A stretch of 63,990 bases of DNA, filler included, from Dehalococcoidia bacterium (GTDB lineage Bacteria; Chloroflexota; Dehalococcoidia; DSTF01; JACRBR01), in assembly GCA_041494685.1 (NCBI GenBank). It is 3 parts of 3 records of this genome, joined end to end, with 100 filler letters (N's around TTAATTAATTAA, not from the genome) between each part and the next. Parts side by side here need not be neighbours in the genome. Positions count along the whole stretch, not along the records: positions 22,795 to 44,714 come from JBGQBE010000054.1; positions 44,815 to 63,990 come from JBGQBE010000058.1; 1 more part is not named here. One strand, written 5' to 3'. Made by a program: the position numbers and the translations under genes. Of the stretch, positions 39,406 through 47,987 are shown piece by piece. Under the pieces are notes generated by a model that did no database searches, had not been told where the DNA came from, and saw nothing but the letters and a program-made list of their open reading frames with translations. How positions within the stretch are numbered: position 1 is the stretch's first letter; every line of letters starts with the position of its first letter.

Positions 39406-40887
39406 TTACAACGCGGTACCGCCGACGGTCATGCCGCTGATCAGCACGGTCGGCATGCCCACGCCCACCGGCACCGACTGGCCGTCCTTGCCGCACGTCC
39501 AGCGGCCGTCGCTGAGGGCGAAGTCGCTGCCGACGGCCGTCACCTTGCGCAGCACGTCCGGCCCGTTGCCGATGAGGTTGACGTTGCGGATAGGCGCGGT
39601 GACCTTCCCGCCCTCAATCATATACCCCTCGGTGACGCTGAACACGAAATCGCCGTTGCTGATGTTGACGCTGCCGCCGCTGAACGACACGCAGTAGATG
39701 CCCCGGTCCACCGAGCGGATGACGTCCTCCGGCGACGACTCGCCCGCCAGCATGTAGGTGTTGGTCATGCGGGGCATCGGGTTGTACTTGAACGACTGGC
39801 GCCGCCCGTTGCCCGTCGGCGCGACACCGAAGTGCTTTGTGCTCATCCGGTCCTGGATGTAGCCGCGCAACACGCCGTTCTCGATCAGCACGTTGTAGCC
39901 GGGTCGGTTGCCCTCGTCGTCGATGTTGATGCTGCCGCGGCTCTCCGGGATCGTGCCGTCATCGACCACGGTACACAGCGTGGAAGCGACGACGTTGCCG
40001 ACCTGGTCGGTGTAGTTGCTGGTCTTCTTGCGGTTGAAGTCGGCCTCCAGGCCGTGGCCGATCGCCTCGTGCAGCAGGATGCCGCTGTCGCCCGCGGCGA
40101 GTACCACCGGGAAGGTGCCAGCCGGCGCCTCGATGGCGGACTGCAGGACGACGGCCTGGCGCGCCGCCTCCTGCGCGAGCGACTCGGGCGTGTGCGCCGC
40201 GAAGTAGGCCATGCCCATACGCCCGCCACCGCCCCAGCGCGCCGTCTGGCGGCTGCTGTCGCGCTCCGAGAGGCACGACACGTTGAACCGCACCAGCGGC
40301 TGCACGTCGCCGGCGATGCGTCCGTCGCTGGAGACGATCATCACGTGCTTGAGTTCGTCGATGAAGTTCACGTCGACCCGCACGATGCTGCCGTCGAAGC
40401 CCCGAGCGGCCGCGTCGGCGCGGCGGATCAGGTCCACCTTCTCGGCGGGGGCGACGCTGACGGTGCTCGCGGAGGGCTGGTAGTAGTCGGCGGACTCGTA
40501 GTGCATGACGTCCACGGGCGGTGCCTTGTCGCCGCGCGAGGCGATACGCGCCGCGGTGTCGGCTGCCCGGCGCATGGCGTCGCGGCCCAGGTCCTCCGTG
40601 TATGCGTAGCCGATGGCGTCGCCCTGGATGACGCGGATGCCGACGCCCTGCGTGATGCTGCGGGAGGCCGTCTTCACGGCCTGCTGCTCGAAGCTGATGT
40701 TCGAGCCTTCACGGTGCTCGAAGAACAGTTCGGCGTGCTCGCCGCCACGGCTCATCGCCACGCCCAGCAAATCGGCCGCGACCGCCTTATCGATGCTGTA
40801 GCGGGCGTTGAAGAAGGCTTCTGCGGCGATCCCGGCATCACTCAAGCGGCGCACCTCGGGGGAATATCGGCGGGTAGACACAGGCAT
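39406..40887 (-). CDS. tldD: TldD metalloprotease subunit
   Basis: LLHEAIGHGLEAD, GNGRRQ, PMPRMTNT and CGKDGQSVPVGVGMPT motifs. Confidence 0.95.
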   Translation of the reverse strand: MPVSTRRYSPEVRRLSDAGIAAEAFFNARYSIDKAVAADLLGVAMSRGGEHAELFFEHREGSNISFEQQAVKTASRSITQGVGIRVIQGDAIGYAYTEDLGRDAMRRAADTAARIASRGDKAPPVDVMHYESADYYQPSASTVSVAPAEKVDLIRRADAAARGFDGSIVRVDVNFIDELKHVMIVSSDGRIAGDVQPLVRFNVSCLSERDSSRQTARWGGGGRMGMAYFAAHTPESLAQEAARQAVVLQSAIEAPAGTFPVVLAAGDSGILLHEAIGHGLEADFNRKKTSNYTDQVGNVVASTLCTVVDDGTIPESRGSINIDDEGNRPGYNVLIENGVLRGYIQDRMSTKHFGVAPTGNGRRQSFKYNPMPRMTNTYMLAGESSPEDVIRSVDRGIYCVSFSGGSVNISNGDFVFSVTEGYMIEGGKVTAPIRNVNLIGNGPDVLRKVTAVGSDFALSDGRWTCGKDGQSVPVGVGMPTVLISGMTVGGTAL

Positions 40888-40983
40888 GATAGCAACCGCC
40901 GCCCGGCGAGACGTGCGGGGAACCTGTGTAGATTCCGTTGCGATGCGCGCTGAGAATCGCGAAGTGACCGCCCTGCGTGGCGG

Positions 40984-41712
40984 CTACGTCATCTTCACGC
41001 CTTCGAGATGCGCGAGGTCGTTGAGCCGCCAGATCGCGCGTTTGTCCTGCCAGGCGCGCACGGACGTGATCGAGGCGTTGAACGCGTAGAAGGGGAAGTC
41101 GTTCCTGTCGAGGCCGAGCACCATCGCCACGTAGGTCTGGATGACGCCGCCGTGGCAGGCGATCGCGACCTTCTTGCCCGGGCACTCCTGGACGATCTGC
41201 CGGATCGCGCCGGCGATGCGGGCGCGGAAGTGCGCGCTCGCCTCGCCGCCGGGCAGGTTGTCCCACGTAGGTTCCAGCTCGAACCGCGCCTTGATCGCGC
41301 GGTGGTCGGCGGTCTCGCGGTTGGCGTTGGGGTCGATGCTGCCTGCCTTGGTCGGCTCGTTGATCTCCTGCAGGTCCTCGATGACGTGGATCGTGTGGCC
41401 GGTGCGGCGCGCGATCGGGGCCGCGGTGTTGAAGGCGCGCTGAAGCGGGCTGGCGTAAACGGCATCGACGCCGTACGCGGCCATGCGCGCGCCGACGCGC
41501 TCGGCCTGTTCCTCGCCGATCTTCGTGAGCGGCGGGTCAAACTCGCCCAGCCGCCCTTCTTCGCGGGCCTGGTTGCTGGCGGACTGGCCGTGCCGGATCA
41601 GGTACAGGCGCACGGCGTCGCGCTTGTTCAGGAGCAGCACGTCCTGGAAGTAGTACGCCATCGGGTCGATGGGCGCGGGTACGGTCTGGGGGTTGTTGTC
41701 AGCGTCCTTCAT
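40984..41712 (-). CDS. Histidine phosphatase (phosphoglycerate mutase superfamily)
   Basis: LIRHGQS, SPLQRA, LQE and CHGG motifs. Start ATG 41712. Confidence 0.9.
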   Translation of the reverse strand: MKDADNNPQTVPAPIDPMAYYFQDVLLLNKRDAVRLYLIRHGQSASNQAREEGRLGEFDPPLTKIGEEQAERVGARMAAYGVDAVYASPLQRAFNTAAPIARRTGHTIHVIEDLQEINEPTKAGSIDPNANRETADHRAIKARFELEPTWDNLPGGEASAHFRARIAGAIRQIVQECPGKKVAIACHGGVIQTYVAMVLGLDRNDFPFYAFNASITSVRAWQDKRAIWRLNDLAHLEGVKMT

Positions 41713-41873
41713 GCCCCGCAAGGTAAATGCGAAGCGGCTTTCGGACAAGAACCCGGCCCGGAAGGGGCGAAGCTTCGATTTTCGCAACGTCAACGCAAGG
41801 GGTAGGCGAATTGCGAAGCCGGTAGTACACTGGGGTGCAATCTTCACATTCTTCAGCAATCAGGAGGCTCGTC

Positions 41874-43025
41874 TTGGCTACGGACGTTGTAATCGTTGAG
41901 GCGGTACGGACCGCCATGGGCCGCCGCAACGGCATGCTCTCCGGCACGCACCCGGTGACGCTCGGCGCGAAGGTGCTGCGCGAGGTCGTCAACCGGGCTG
42001 GCATCGACCCGGGCATGGTGGGCGATGTCGTCTGGGGCAACGTCTCGCAGGTCGGCGAGCAGGCCGCGAACATCGGCCGCAACGTCGTGCTCGAAGCGGG
42101 CTTCCCGATCGAAGTGCCGGGCACGACGGTGGACCGGCAGTGCGGCTCCGGCCAGCAGGCGATCCACTTCGCGGCGAACCTGATCTCCGCGGGCGTCGTC
42201 GACATCGCGATCGGCGGTGGCTGCGAAGTGATGTCGCGCGTGCCGATGGGTTCGAACTTCAAGGTGGCGGGCTTCCCCTTCACCGAGTTCATGCGGACCA
42301 CCTACGACCTGACGTCGCAAGGCGTCGCCGCGGACAACATCGCGCGGAAGTGGGGCATCTCCCGCCAGCAGCTCGACGAGTTCGCGCTGGAGAGCCAGAA
42401 CCGGGCGAAGGCGGCGCGCGACAGCGGCAGGTACGAGAAGGAGATCGTGGGCGTCGACGTCGAGCACGAGGGCGTCAAGGGCGTGTTCAAGGTTGACGAG
42501 GGGCCGCGCGACTCCACGCTGGAGAAGCTGGCCTCGCTGGCGCCGTCGTTCGGCGAAGACGGCCTGCACACCGCCGGCAACTCCAGCCAGATCACGGACG
42601 GCGCATCCGCCGTGCTGCTGATGTCGGCCGAGAAGGCGAAGGAGCTGGGCTTGAAAGCGCGGGCGCGCATCGTCGCGCAGGCGGTGGTCGGCTCCGACCC
42701 GCACCTGATGCTGACCGGCCCGATCACGGCGACGCCGGCGGTGCTGAAGAAGGCCGGCCTGAAGATGAGCGACATCGACCGCGTCGAGATCAACGAGGCG
42801 TTCGCGGCGGTGGTGCTGGCGTGGGGCAAGGAGACCGGCTACGACCTGAAGAAGACCAACGTGAACGGCGGCGCCATCGCGCTGGGCCACCCGCTGGGCT
42901 GCACGGGCGCGCGCCTGATGACCTCGCTGCTGCACGAGCTGGAGCGCACGGGCGGCCGCTACGGCCACGAGGTGATGTGCTGCGGCGGCGGCATCGGTAC
43001 GGCGACGATCATCGAGCGGCTCTAA
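41874..43025 (+). CDS. Acetyl-CoA C-acyltransferase (thiolase)
   Basis: DRQCGSG, EINEAFA, GGAIALGHPLG and MCCGGG motifs. TTG start after AGGAGG. Confidence 0.95.
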   Translation: MATDVVIVEAVRTAMGRRNGMLSGTHPVTLGAKVLREVVNRAGIDPGMVGDVVWGNVSQVGEQAANIGRNVVLEAGFPIEVPGTTVDRQCGSGQQAIHFAANLISAGVVDIAIGGGCEVMSRVPMGSNFKVAGFPFTEFMRTTYDLTSQGVAADNIARKWGISRQQLDEFALESQNRAKAARDSGRYEKEIVGVDVEHEGVKGVFKVDEGPRDSTLEKLASLAPSFGEDGLHTAGNSSQITDGASAVLLMSAEKAKELGLKARARIVAQAVVGSDPHLMLTGPITATPAVLKKAGLKMSDIDRVEINEAFAAVVLAWGKETGYDLKKTNVNGGAIALGHPLGCTGARLMTSLLHELERTGGRYGHEVMCCGGGIGTATIIERL

Positions 43026-43180
43026 GCCGCGGCGACACGGCGAACCAGGGAGCGGCCCTCCGTGCGAGCGGGGGGCCGCTTTGCGCGTGCCGGCATGCAG
43101 CTCCTTGATCTCCCACAGCGAGCGCGCCATGCTCTGGCGGGCGGCGCGGAGGATGCGGCGTCGCGAGAGCGGAGGTTGCC

Positions 43181-43966
43181 ATGTCATCGAAGTGGGCGCT
43201 GGTGCTGGGTGCGTCGAGCGGGTTCGGGGCGGCCACGTCGGTCGAGCTGGCGAAGGCGGGGTACGGCATCTTCGGCGTGCACATGGACCTGCGCTCCACG
43301 CTGCCGAACGCGGTGAAGGTGCAGGACGACGTGAAGGCGGCGGGGCAGGAAGCGATCTTCTTCAACATCAACGCCGCCGATGCCGACAAGCGCACCGCCG
43401 CGCTGGGCGCGATCCGGGAGAAGCTGGGCGCGGACAGCTACGTGCACGTGCTGATGCACTCGCTGGCGTTCGGCACGCTGCTGCCGTTCATCGCCGACAA
43501 CCCGAAAGAGCGGATCAGCGTCAAGCAGATGGACATGACGCTCGACGTGATGGCGCACAGCCTGGTGTACTGGTCGCAGGACATGGCGACACGCCGGCTG
43601 CTGGGGAAGAACAGCCGCATCTTCGCGATGACGTCGTCCGGTTCGACGCGGGTGATCGCCGCGTACGGCGCGGTCTCGGCGGCGAAGGCGGCGCTGGAGT
43701 CGCACATCCGGCAGCTGGCGTTCGAGCTGGCGCCGCTGGGCGTGACGGCGAACGCGATCCGGGCCGGCGTCACGGACACGGCCGCGCTGCGGCGCATCCC
43801 CGGCGGGCCGGAGCTGCACCAGCGCGCGATGGAGCGCAACCCCAGCGGCCGCTCGACGCGGACGGAGGACGTGGCGCGCGCGATCGCCGTGCTGGCGAGC
43901 GAGCAGTTGTACTGGATGACGGGCAACGTCATCGGCGTCGACGGCGGCGAAGAGCTGAGCGCGTGA
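43181..43966 (+). CDS. SDR oxidoreductase, FabL-like enoyl-ACP reductase
   Basis: GASSGFG, YGAVSAAK (Y-x6-K) and WMTGNVIGVDGG motifs. Confidence 0.85.
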   Translation: MSSKWALVLGASSGFGAATSVELAKAGYGIFGVHMDLRSTLPNAVKVQDDVKAAGQEAIFFNINAADADKRTAALGAIREKLGADSYVHVLMHSLAFGTLLPFIADNPKERISVKQMDMTLDVMAHSLVYWSQDMATRRLLGKNSRIFAMTSSGSTRVIAAYGAVSAAKAALESHIRQLAFELAPLGVTANAIRAGVTDTAALRRIPGGPELHQRAMERNPSGRSTRTEDVARAIAVLASEQLYWMTGNVIGVDGGEELSA

Positions 43967-43974
43967 CGGGGCCG

Positions 43975-44198
43975 AGAACCCAGAACCCAGAACCAAGAAC
44001 CTGCCCAGAACCGAGGACCCAGGACCCGGAAACTGCGACTTGGGGTACCTCCCTTTTGCGTTATGTTGCGCAAATCGAATCTGGCGATGTACCTGTTCTG
44101 TAATTTCGACCTTTTTCGACGAGCACCCAGAACCCAGGCGGCTTCGCCGCAGAACCAAGAACCCAGAACCAAGAACCAAGGCAGGAAGCGAGAACCGG
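43975..44198 (+). repeat. Two direct AGAACC(N) heptamer arrays flanking an AT-rich core
   Basis: agaaccc x2-agaacca-agaacct...aggaccc x2, then gcggcttcgccgc-agaacca-agaaccc-agaacca x2. Confidence 0.85.
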
Positions 44199-44420
44199 CC
44201 GCGCGCGGTGCGGCGTGCACGCGGAGTTTGCTCGGCACTTTTCGCTGTTTCGGCGGCCCGTTTGGCTCTGACGGGCGTGGGGTTTCGTGTTGCATCTTCG
44301 GCTCCTTGCGGGCGCGGTGCGCGATGGGCGCGGTCGTCCGCCTGGCGATGGTAGGCGATGGGGGTGCGGATCTCCTAGCGGCGCATGTCACGTCTGGCGG
44401 CGCGAGTGGCACCGCGGGTC

Positions 44421-44714
44421 CTACTCGGTGGCCTCGGTCGAGGTTCGTCCAGCGAGTTCGCGGAACGCCGACGGCGGAGGGCCATTCGCGAGGCGCTCCC
44501 GTATCACGGCGGCGCACTGTTCGGGCGTGAGCAACGAGGTGTCGACTTCGAGATCATAGATGCCGGGGATGTGGACTTCGGTCTGCCACAGGCGAACCGG
44601 CGCTGGGATTGACTCGGCGGGCGAGCCGGTGACGTACTGACCCTCGCGCCCGGCCTGACCGGCGTTGCGGCGCTCCATGATGACCTCGATCGGGCAGCGG
44701 ATCCCGACGAAGAG
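44421..44714 (-). CDS. Chloramphenicol phosphotransferase (CPT)-like P-loop kinase, 5' truncated
   Basis: LFVGIRCPIEVIMERR...YDLEVDTSLLTPEQCA. Confidence 0.75.
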   Translation of the reverse strand, partial: LFVGIRCPIEVIMERRNAGQAGREGQYVTGSPAESIPAPVRLWQTEVHIPGIYDLEVDTSLLTPEQCAAVIRERLANGPPPSAFRELAGRTSTEATE

Positions 44715-44814
44715 NNNNNNNNNNNNNNNNNNNNNNNNNNNNNNNNNNNNNNNNNNNNTTAATTAATTAANNNNNNNNNNNNNNNNNNNNNNNNNNNNNN
44801 NNNNNNNNNNNNNN
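44715..44814. other. Artificial contig-join spacer (N44-TTAATTAATTAA-N44)
   Basis: Identical linker to 22695-22794. Confidence 0.97.
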
Positions 44815-45053
44815 AGCATCTTGTCCTGGGCGCCGTGTCTCTCCGGCCATGTCGGCGCCCGGTACCCGTCCCGCTGCTGGAACGACAACCCCGTACCGCC
44901 GGCAGGATCTCGCATCAACACGAAGTCGCTGTCGCGATAGGTCACGTCCCAACCGAGCAGGCGACCGTAGAAGTCCGCCATCGCGGCCGCGTCGGCGCAG
45001 TCGATGTTCACTGTTTCCAGGCGAAACGACGGGCGTGACTGGTGAGCGCTCAC
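44815..45053 (-). CDS. VOC/glyoxalase family protein, 3' truncated
   Basis: IDCAD...ADFYGRLLGW, LSFQ and PTWP motifs. GTG start inferred. Confidence 0.8.
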
Positions 45054-45088
45054 GCGGAATTGTAGATCGACGCGTCGAGCCTCGGAAC

Positions 45089-45135
45089 TGATTCCAGCGA
45101 AAGCGGGCACCCAACACCGGGTGCCCGCTCTCTGC
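45089..45135. repeat. REP-like hairpin
   Basis: AGCGGGCACCC-aacacc-GGGTGCCCGCT (11 bp), preceded by ATTCCAGCGAA. Confidence 0.55.
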
Positions 45136-45154
45136 TTGTGCTCGATGAGGTGTG

Positions 45155-46150
45155 CTACTGCGCGGCCGGCGGCTGCGACGCAGGCGGCGCGGCCACACGC
45201 TGGGCGCGGAGCTGGCGGCGGCCGAGGTAGAGGCCGACGCCGGCGAGCGGCAGCAGCCACCACGAGAACGCCACCACCGCCAGCGCGACCGTGCCGATGC
45301 CGACCAGCACGTCGATCGACGCGCGGAACGAGTCGCGCGCGGTCTCGAGCGGGCCGGTGCCGCCGTGCTTCGGCTCGCTCTTCGCCACGATCGGCGGGTC
45401 GAGGTGCACGGTGACCGTGACCATGTCGGTCTGGTGCGCCAGCAGGTCGATGCGGCCCTGCACCTGCTCGATCTCGGCGCGGGTGGCGTTGAGGCGGTCC
45501 TGCACCTGCAGCACATCGCCGATGTTCTCGGCCTTCGCCAGGAACGCGAGGTACTGCAACTCGGTCGCCTTTAGGTTGCGCAGCCGCGACTGCAGGTCGG
45601 TGTAGTCCTGCGTCACGTCGGCGGCGTCCGACTTCTCGCCTTTCACTTCGCCGAGCTTGCGGAGCTGCGAGAGGGCGTCCTGGTACTTGTCGCCCGGCAC
45701 GCGGATCGTCACGGAGGCCGTCTGCCGGTCGCCGTCGTTCCCGAACGACGAACTGCCGACGAAGCCGCCCTCTTGCGCCGCGATGTTGGCCACGTCCTGG
45801 AAGCGCTTCGAGACGTCGGGCGTGGCGATCTCCAGCGTGGCGGTGAGGATGATCTGGCGATCGAGCTGCGACGGCAGCGGCAGCGTGCCGCCCGGCGCGC
45901 CCCCGGCCGTCGAGCTGTACGCCTGACCGTCCGGCGCGGGAGCCTGTGCGGCGCTGCCGCGCGCGTCGGCGGGCGCGCCGCCGATCGCCTTCTGCTCCGT
46001 GGTCGCGGCGCTGCCGGAGGCGGCGGAGCCGGCGGGCGGCGCGTTCGATGTCTTGTACGCGGCGGGTGCGCTGCTGCACGCGGCGGCGACGGCCAGCATC
46101 GCCAGCATCGCCCCGGCGACCCATATCCGTGTCCTGATCCTGTGCGTCAT
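45155..46150 (-). CDS. DUF4349 domain lipoprotein
   Basis: Lipobox-like VAAAC, RQIILTA, TIRVP, DVTQDYTDLQSRL coiled coil, C-terminal TM. Confidence 0.88.
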   Translation of the reverse strand: MTHRIRTRIWVAGAMLAMLAVAAACSSAPAAYKTSNAPPAGSAASGSAATTEQKAIGGAPADARGSAAQAPAPDGQAYSSTAGGAPGGTLPLPSQLDRQIILTATLEIATPDVSKRFQDVANIAAQEGGFVGSSSFGNDGDRQTASVTIRVPGDKYQDALSQLRKLGEVKGEKSDAADVTQDYTDLQSRLRNLKATELQYLAFLAKAENIGDVLQVQDRLNATRAEIEQVQGRIDLLAHQTDMVTVTVHLDPPIVAKSEPKHGGTGPLETARDSFRASIDVLVGIGTVALAVVAFSWWLLPLAGVGLYLGRRQLRAQRVAAPPASQPPAAQ

Positions 46151-46220
46151 CTTCGTCCTCCTCGATACCTAACAAGGCGGGTGCACCAGGAAGACGCCGG
46201 CGGGCCGGGGAACGTTCCAT

Positions 46221-46284
46221 TCTGGAGGCTGGAGATTGGGGCGCCGCCGGGCACCGATCTCCAGTCTCCAATCTCCAGTCGAGA
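46221..46284. repeat. Inverted pair of (A/G)TCTCCA heptamer arrays
   Basis: tctggag-gctggag-attgggg faces atctcca-gtctcca-atctcca. Confidence 0.75.
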
Positions 46285-46345
46285 TTTTTCGCAGCGTTTA
46301 CGCTCCGATTGTCCCGCTGGCATACGCCAGGCGCCCGCGTGAGCG

Positions 46346-47923
46346 ATGATTACGGCGGAGGCACGTGTGGACGACGGGCAGACGGGCGGAATTCGCATCA
46401 GCAGGCGGCGGCTCCTGGGCGGTGCGGCGGCGTCGGCGGCGCTGCTGACGGCCGGCGGTGCAACGGCGGCCATCGTGCTGCACGAGCGCGGCGGCGGCAC
46501 GGGGAAACCGGGCAGCGCGGCCGTAACGGCGTCGCGGACCGCGCCTGCGCCGTCGCGGGCGCTGGAGAGCGCTGATACGCGGCTGCGCCACCTGCTGCGC
46601 CGCGCGGCGTTCGCTCCAACGCCGGAGCTGCTGCGGAAGTACGCCGGGATGCCACTTGACGCGGTCGTGGACGACCTGCTCGCCAGCCCCGCCATCGACG
46701 ACAGCGCGACGGAACAGGCGATCGCGGCGCTGAAGCTCGATACGTCGAAGCCGGGAGACGTAGTAGCGACGTGGGTGGCGCGGCTGATCCGCACGGAGCG
46801 CCCGGCGCTGGAGCGGCAGGTGCTGTTCTGGCACGGCCTGCTCACCAGCGGCCTCACCAAGACGGGCGCGAAGTACGGCCGCGTGATGCTCACGCAGAAC
46901 CAGTTCTTCCGCGACCACGCGTTCGACCGGTTCGACGTGCTGCTGAAGGGCGTGGTGCGCGACCCGGCGATGATGCTGTGGCTCGACGTGCACACGAGCA
47001 AGAAGGGCCACCCGAACGAGAACTACGCGCGCGAGCTGATGGAGCTGTTCACGCTGGGCGCCGGCAACTACACGGAGCAGGACGTGCGCGAATCGGCGCG
47101 CGCCCACACCGGCTACTCGCTGGAGGAGAAGACCGGCTTCGTGTTCCGTCCGGCGCAGCACGACAACGGCCAGAAGACGTTCCTGGGACAGACCGGTAAC
47201 TTCGACGCGGACAGCATCGTGGACATCATCCTGCGGCAGGACGCCGCGCCAGCACACCTCGCGCGCAAACTCTTCGAGTTCTACGCGTATCCGGACCCGG
47301 CCGAGGCGACGATCGCGCCGATCGCGGAGGTGGCGCGCAGTACCGGCTACGACACGAAGCAGGTCGTGCGCGCCGTCCTGACATCCGACGCCTTCTACTC
47401 GCCGCAGGCGTACCGCGCGATCGTGAAGAGCCCGACGGAGTACGCCATCGGCGCGTTGCGGCTGCTGGACGCGACGCCGGACGCGCACGCGGTGGTGAAC
47501 GCGAGCCGGGTGATGGGGCAGACGCTCTTCGACCCGCCGAACGTCGCGGGCTGGCCGGGCGGGCGCACGTGGCTGGGCACGAGCACGTGGTTCGCACGGG
47601 TCAACGCCGCGGCGATGCTGATGAACGGCGCCACCAACGCCGCGAGGCCGCGGCAGGGCACCCAGGGATTCCGCGGCGGCGCCGTGGCCCCCGCGAACCT
47701 CACCGCGATCTTCCCGTCGCCGCCGGCATCGGCGGACGAGGCGATCGCCATGGCGGCGCTGGCGACGATCGACGGCGGCATCGCGGACGACGCGCGCGCG
47801 ACGCTGGGCGCGTACCTCGACGAGGGCGGCGGGTTCGCCGCGCTGCCGGAGGCGCAGCGGCTGCAGCGGCTGCGCGGCCTCCTGACGCTGCTCGTCGCCT
47901 CGCCGGAGTACCAGCTCCTGTGA
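46346..47923 (+). CDS. DUF1800 family protein with Tat-like signal
   Basis: SRRRLLG, HLLRRAAF, LFWHG, PNENYARELMELFTLG, PPNVAGW and SPEYQL motifs. Confidence 0.9.
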   Translation: MITAEARVDDGQTGGIRISRRRLLGGAAASAALLTAGGATAAIVLHERGGGTGKPGSAAVTASRTAPAPSRALESADTRLRHLLRRAAFAPTPELLRKYAGMPLDAVVDDLLASPAIDDSATEQAIAALKLDTSKPGDVVATWVARLIRTERPALERQVLFWHGLLTSGLTKTGAKYGRVMLTQNQFFRDHAFDRFDVLLKGVVRDPAMMLWLDVHTSKKGHPNENYARELMELFTLGAGNYTEQDVRESARAHTGYSLEEKTGFVFRPAQHDNGQKTFLGQTGNFDADSIVDIILRQDAAPAHLARKLFEFYAYPDPAEATIAPIAEVARSTGYDTKQVVRAVLTSDAFYSPQAYRAIVKSPTEYAIGALRLLDATPDAHAVVNASRVMGQTLFDPPNVAGWPGGRTWLGTSTWFARVNAAAMLMNGATNAARPRQGTQGFRGGAVAPANLTAIFPSPPASADEAIAMAALATIDGGIADDARATLGAYLDEGGGFAALPEAQRLQRLRGLLTLLVASPEYQLL

Positions 47924-47987
47924 AGGAGGATGTCCGCGATGCCCGCACGCACATGTATCGGTAACACAGGCATAAGGAGGCAGTCGC

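Noticed and set aside
43975..44198. Possible CRISPR array
   Set aside because: Units are 7 nt in tandem with no 25-40 nt repeat/spacer alternation, and no cas genes are present.
44063..44530. 155-aa ORF across the repeat region (also 43438-44517 and 16256-16633)
   Set aside because: Translations are dominated by repeat-derived or low-complexity sequence with atypical codon use and no RBS.
44421..45053. CPT-like kinase plus VOC protein as a resistance cluster
   Set aside because: The two fragments are on different contigs, and family membership does not establish antibiotic substrates.
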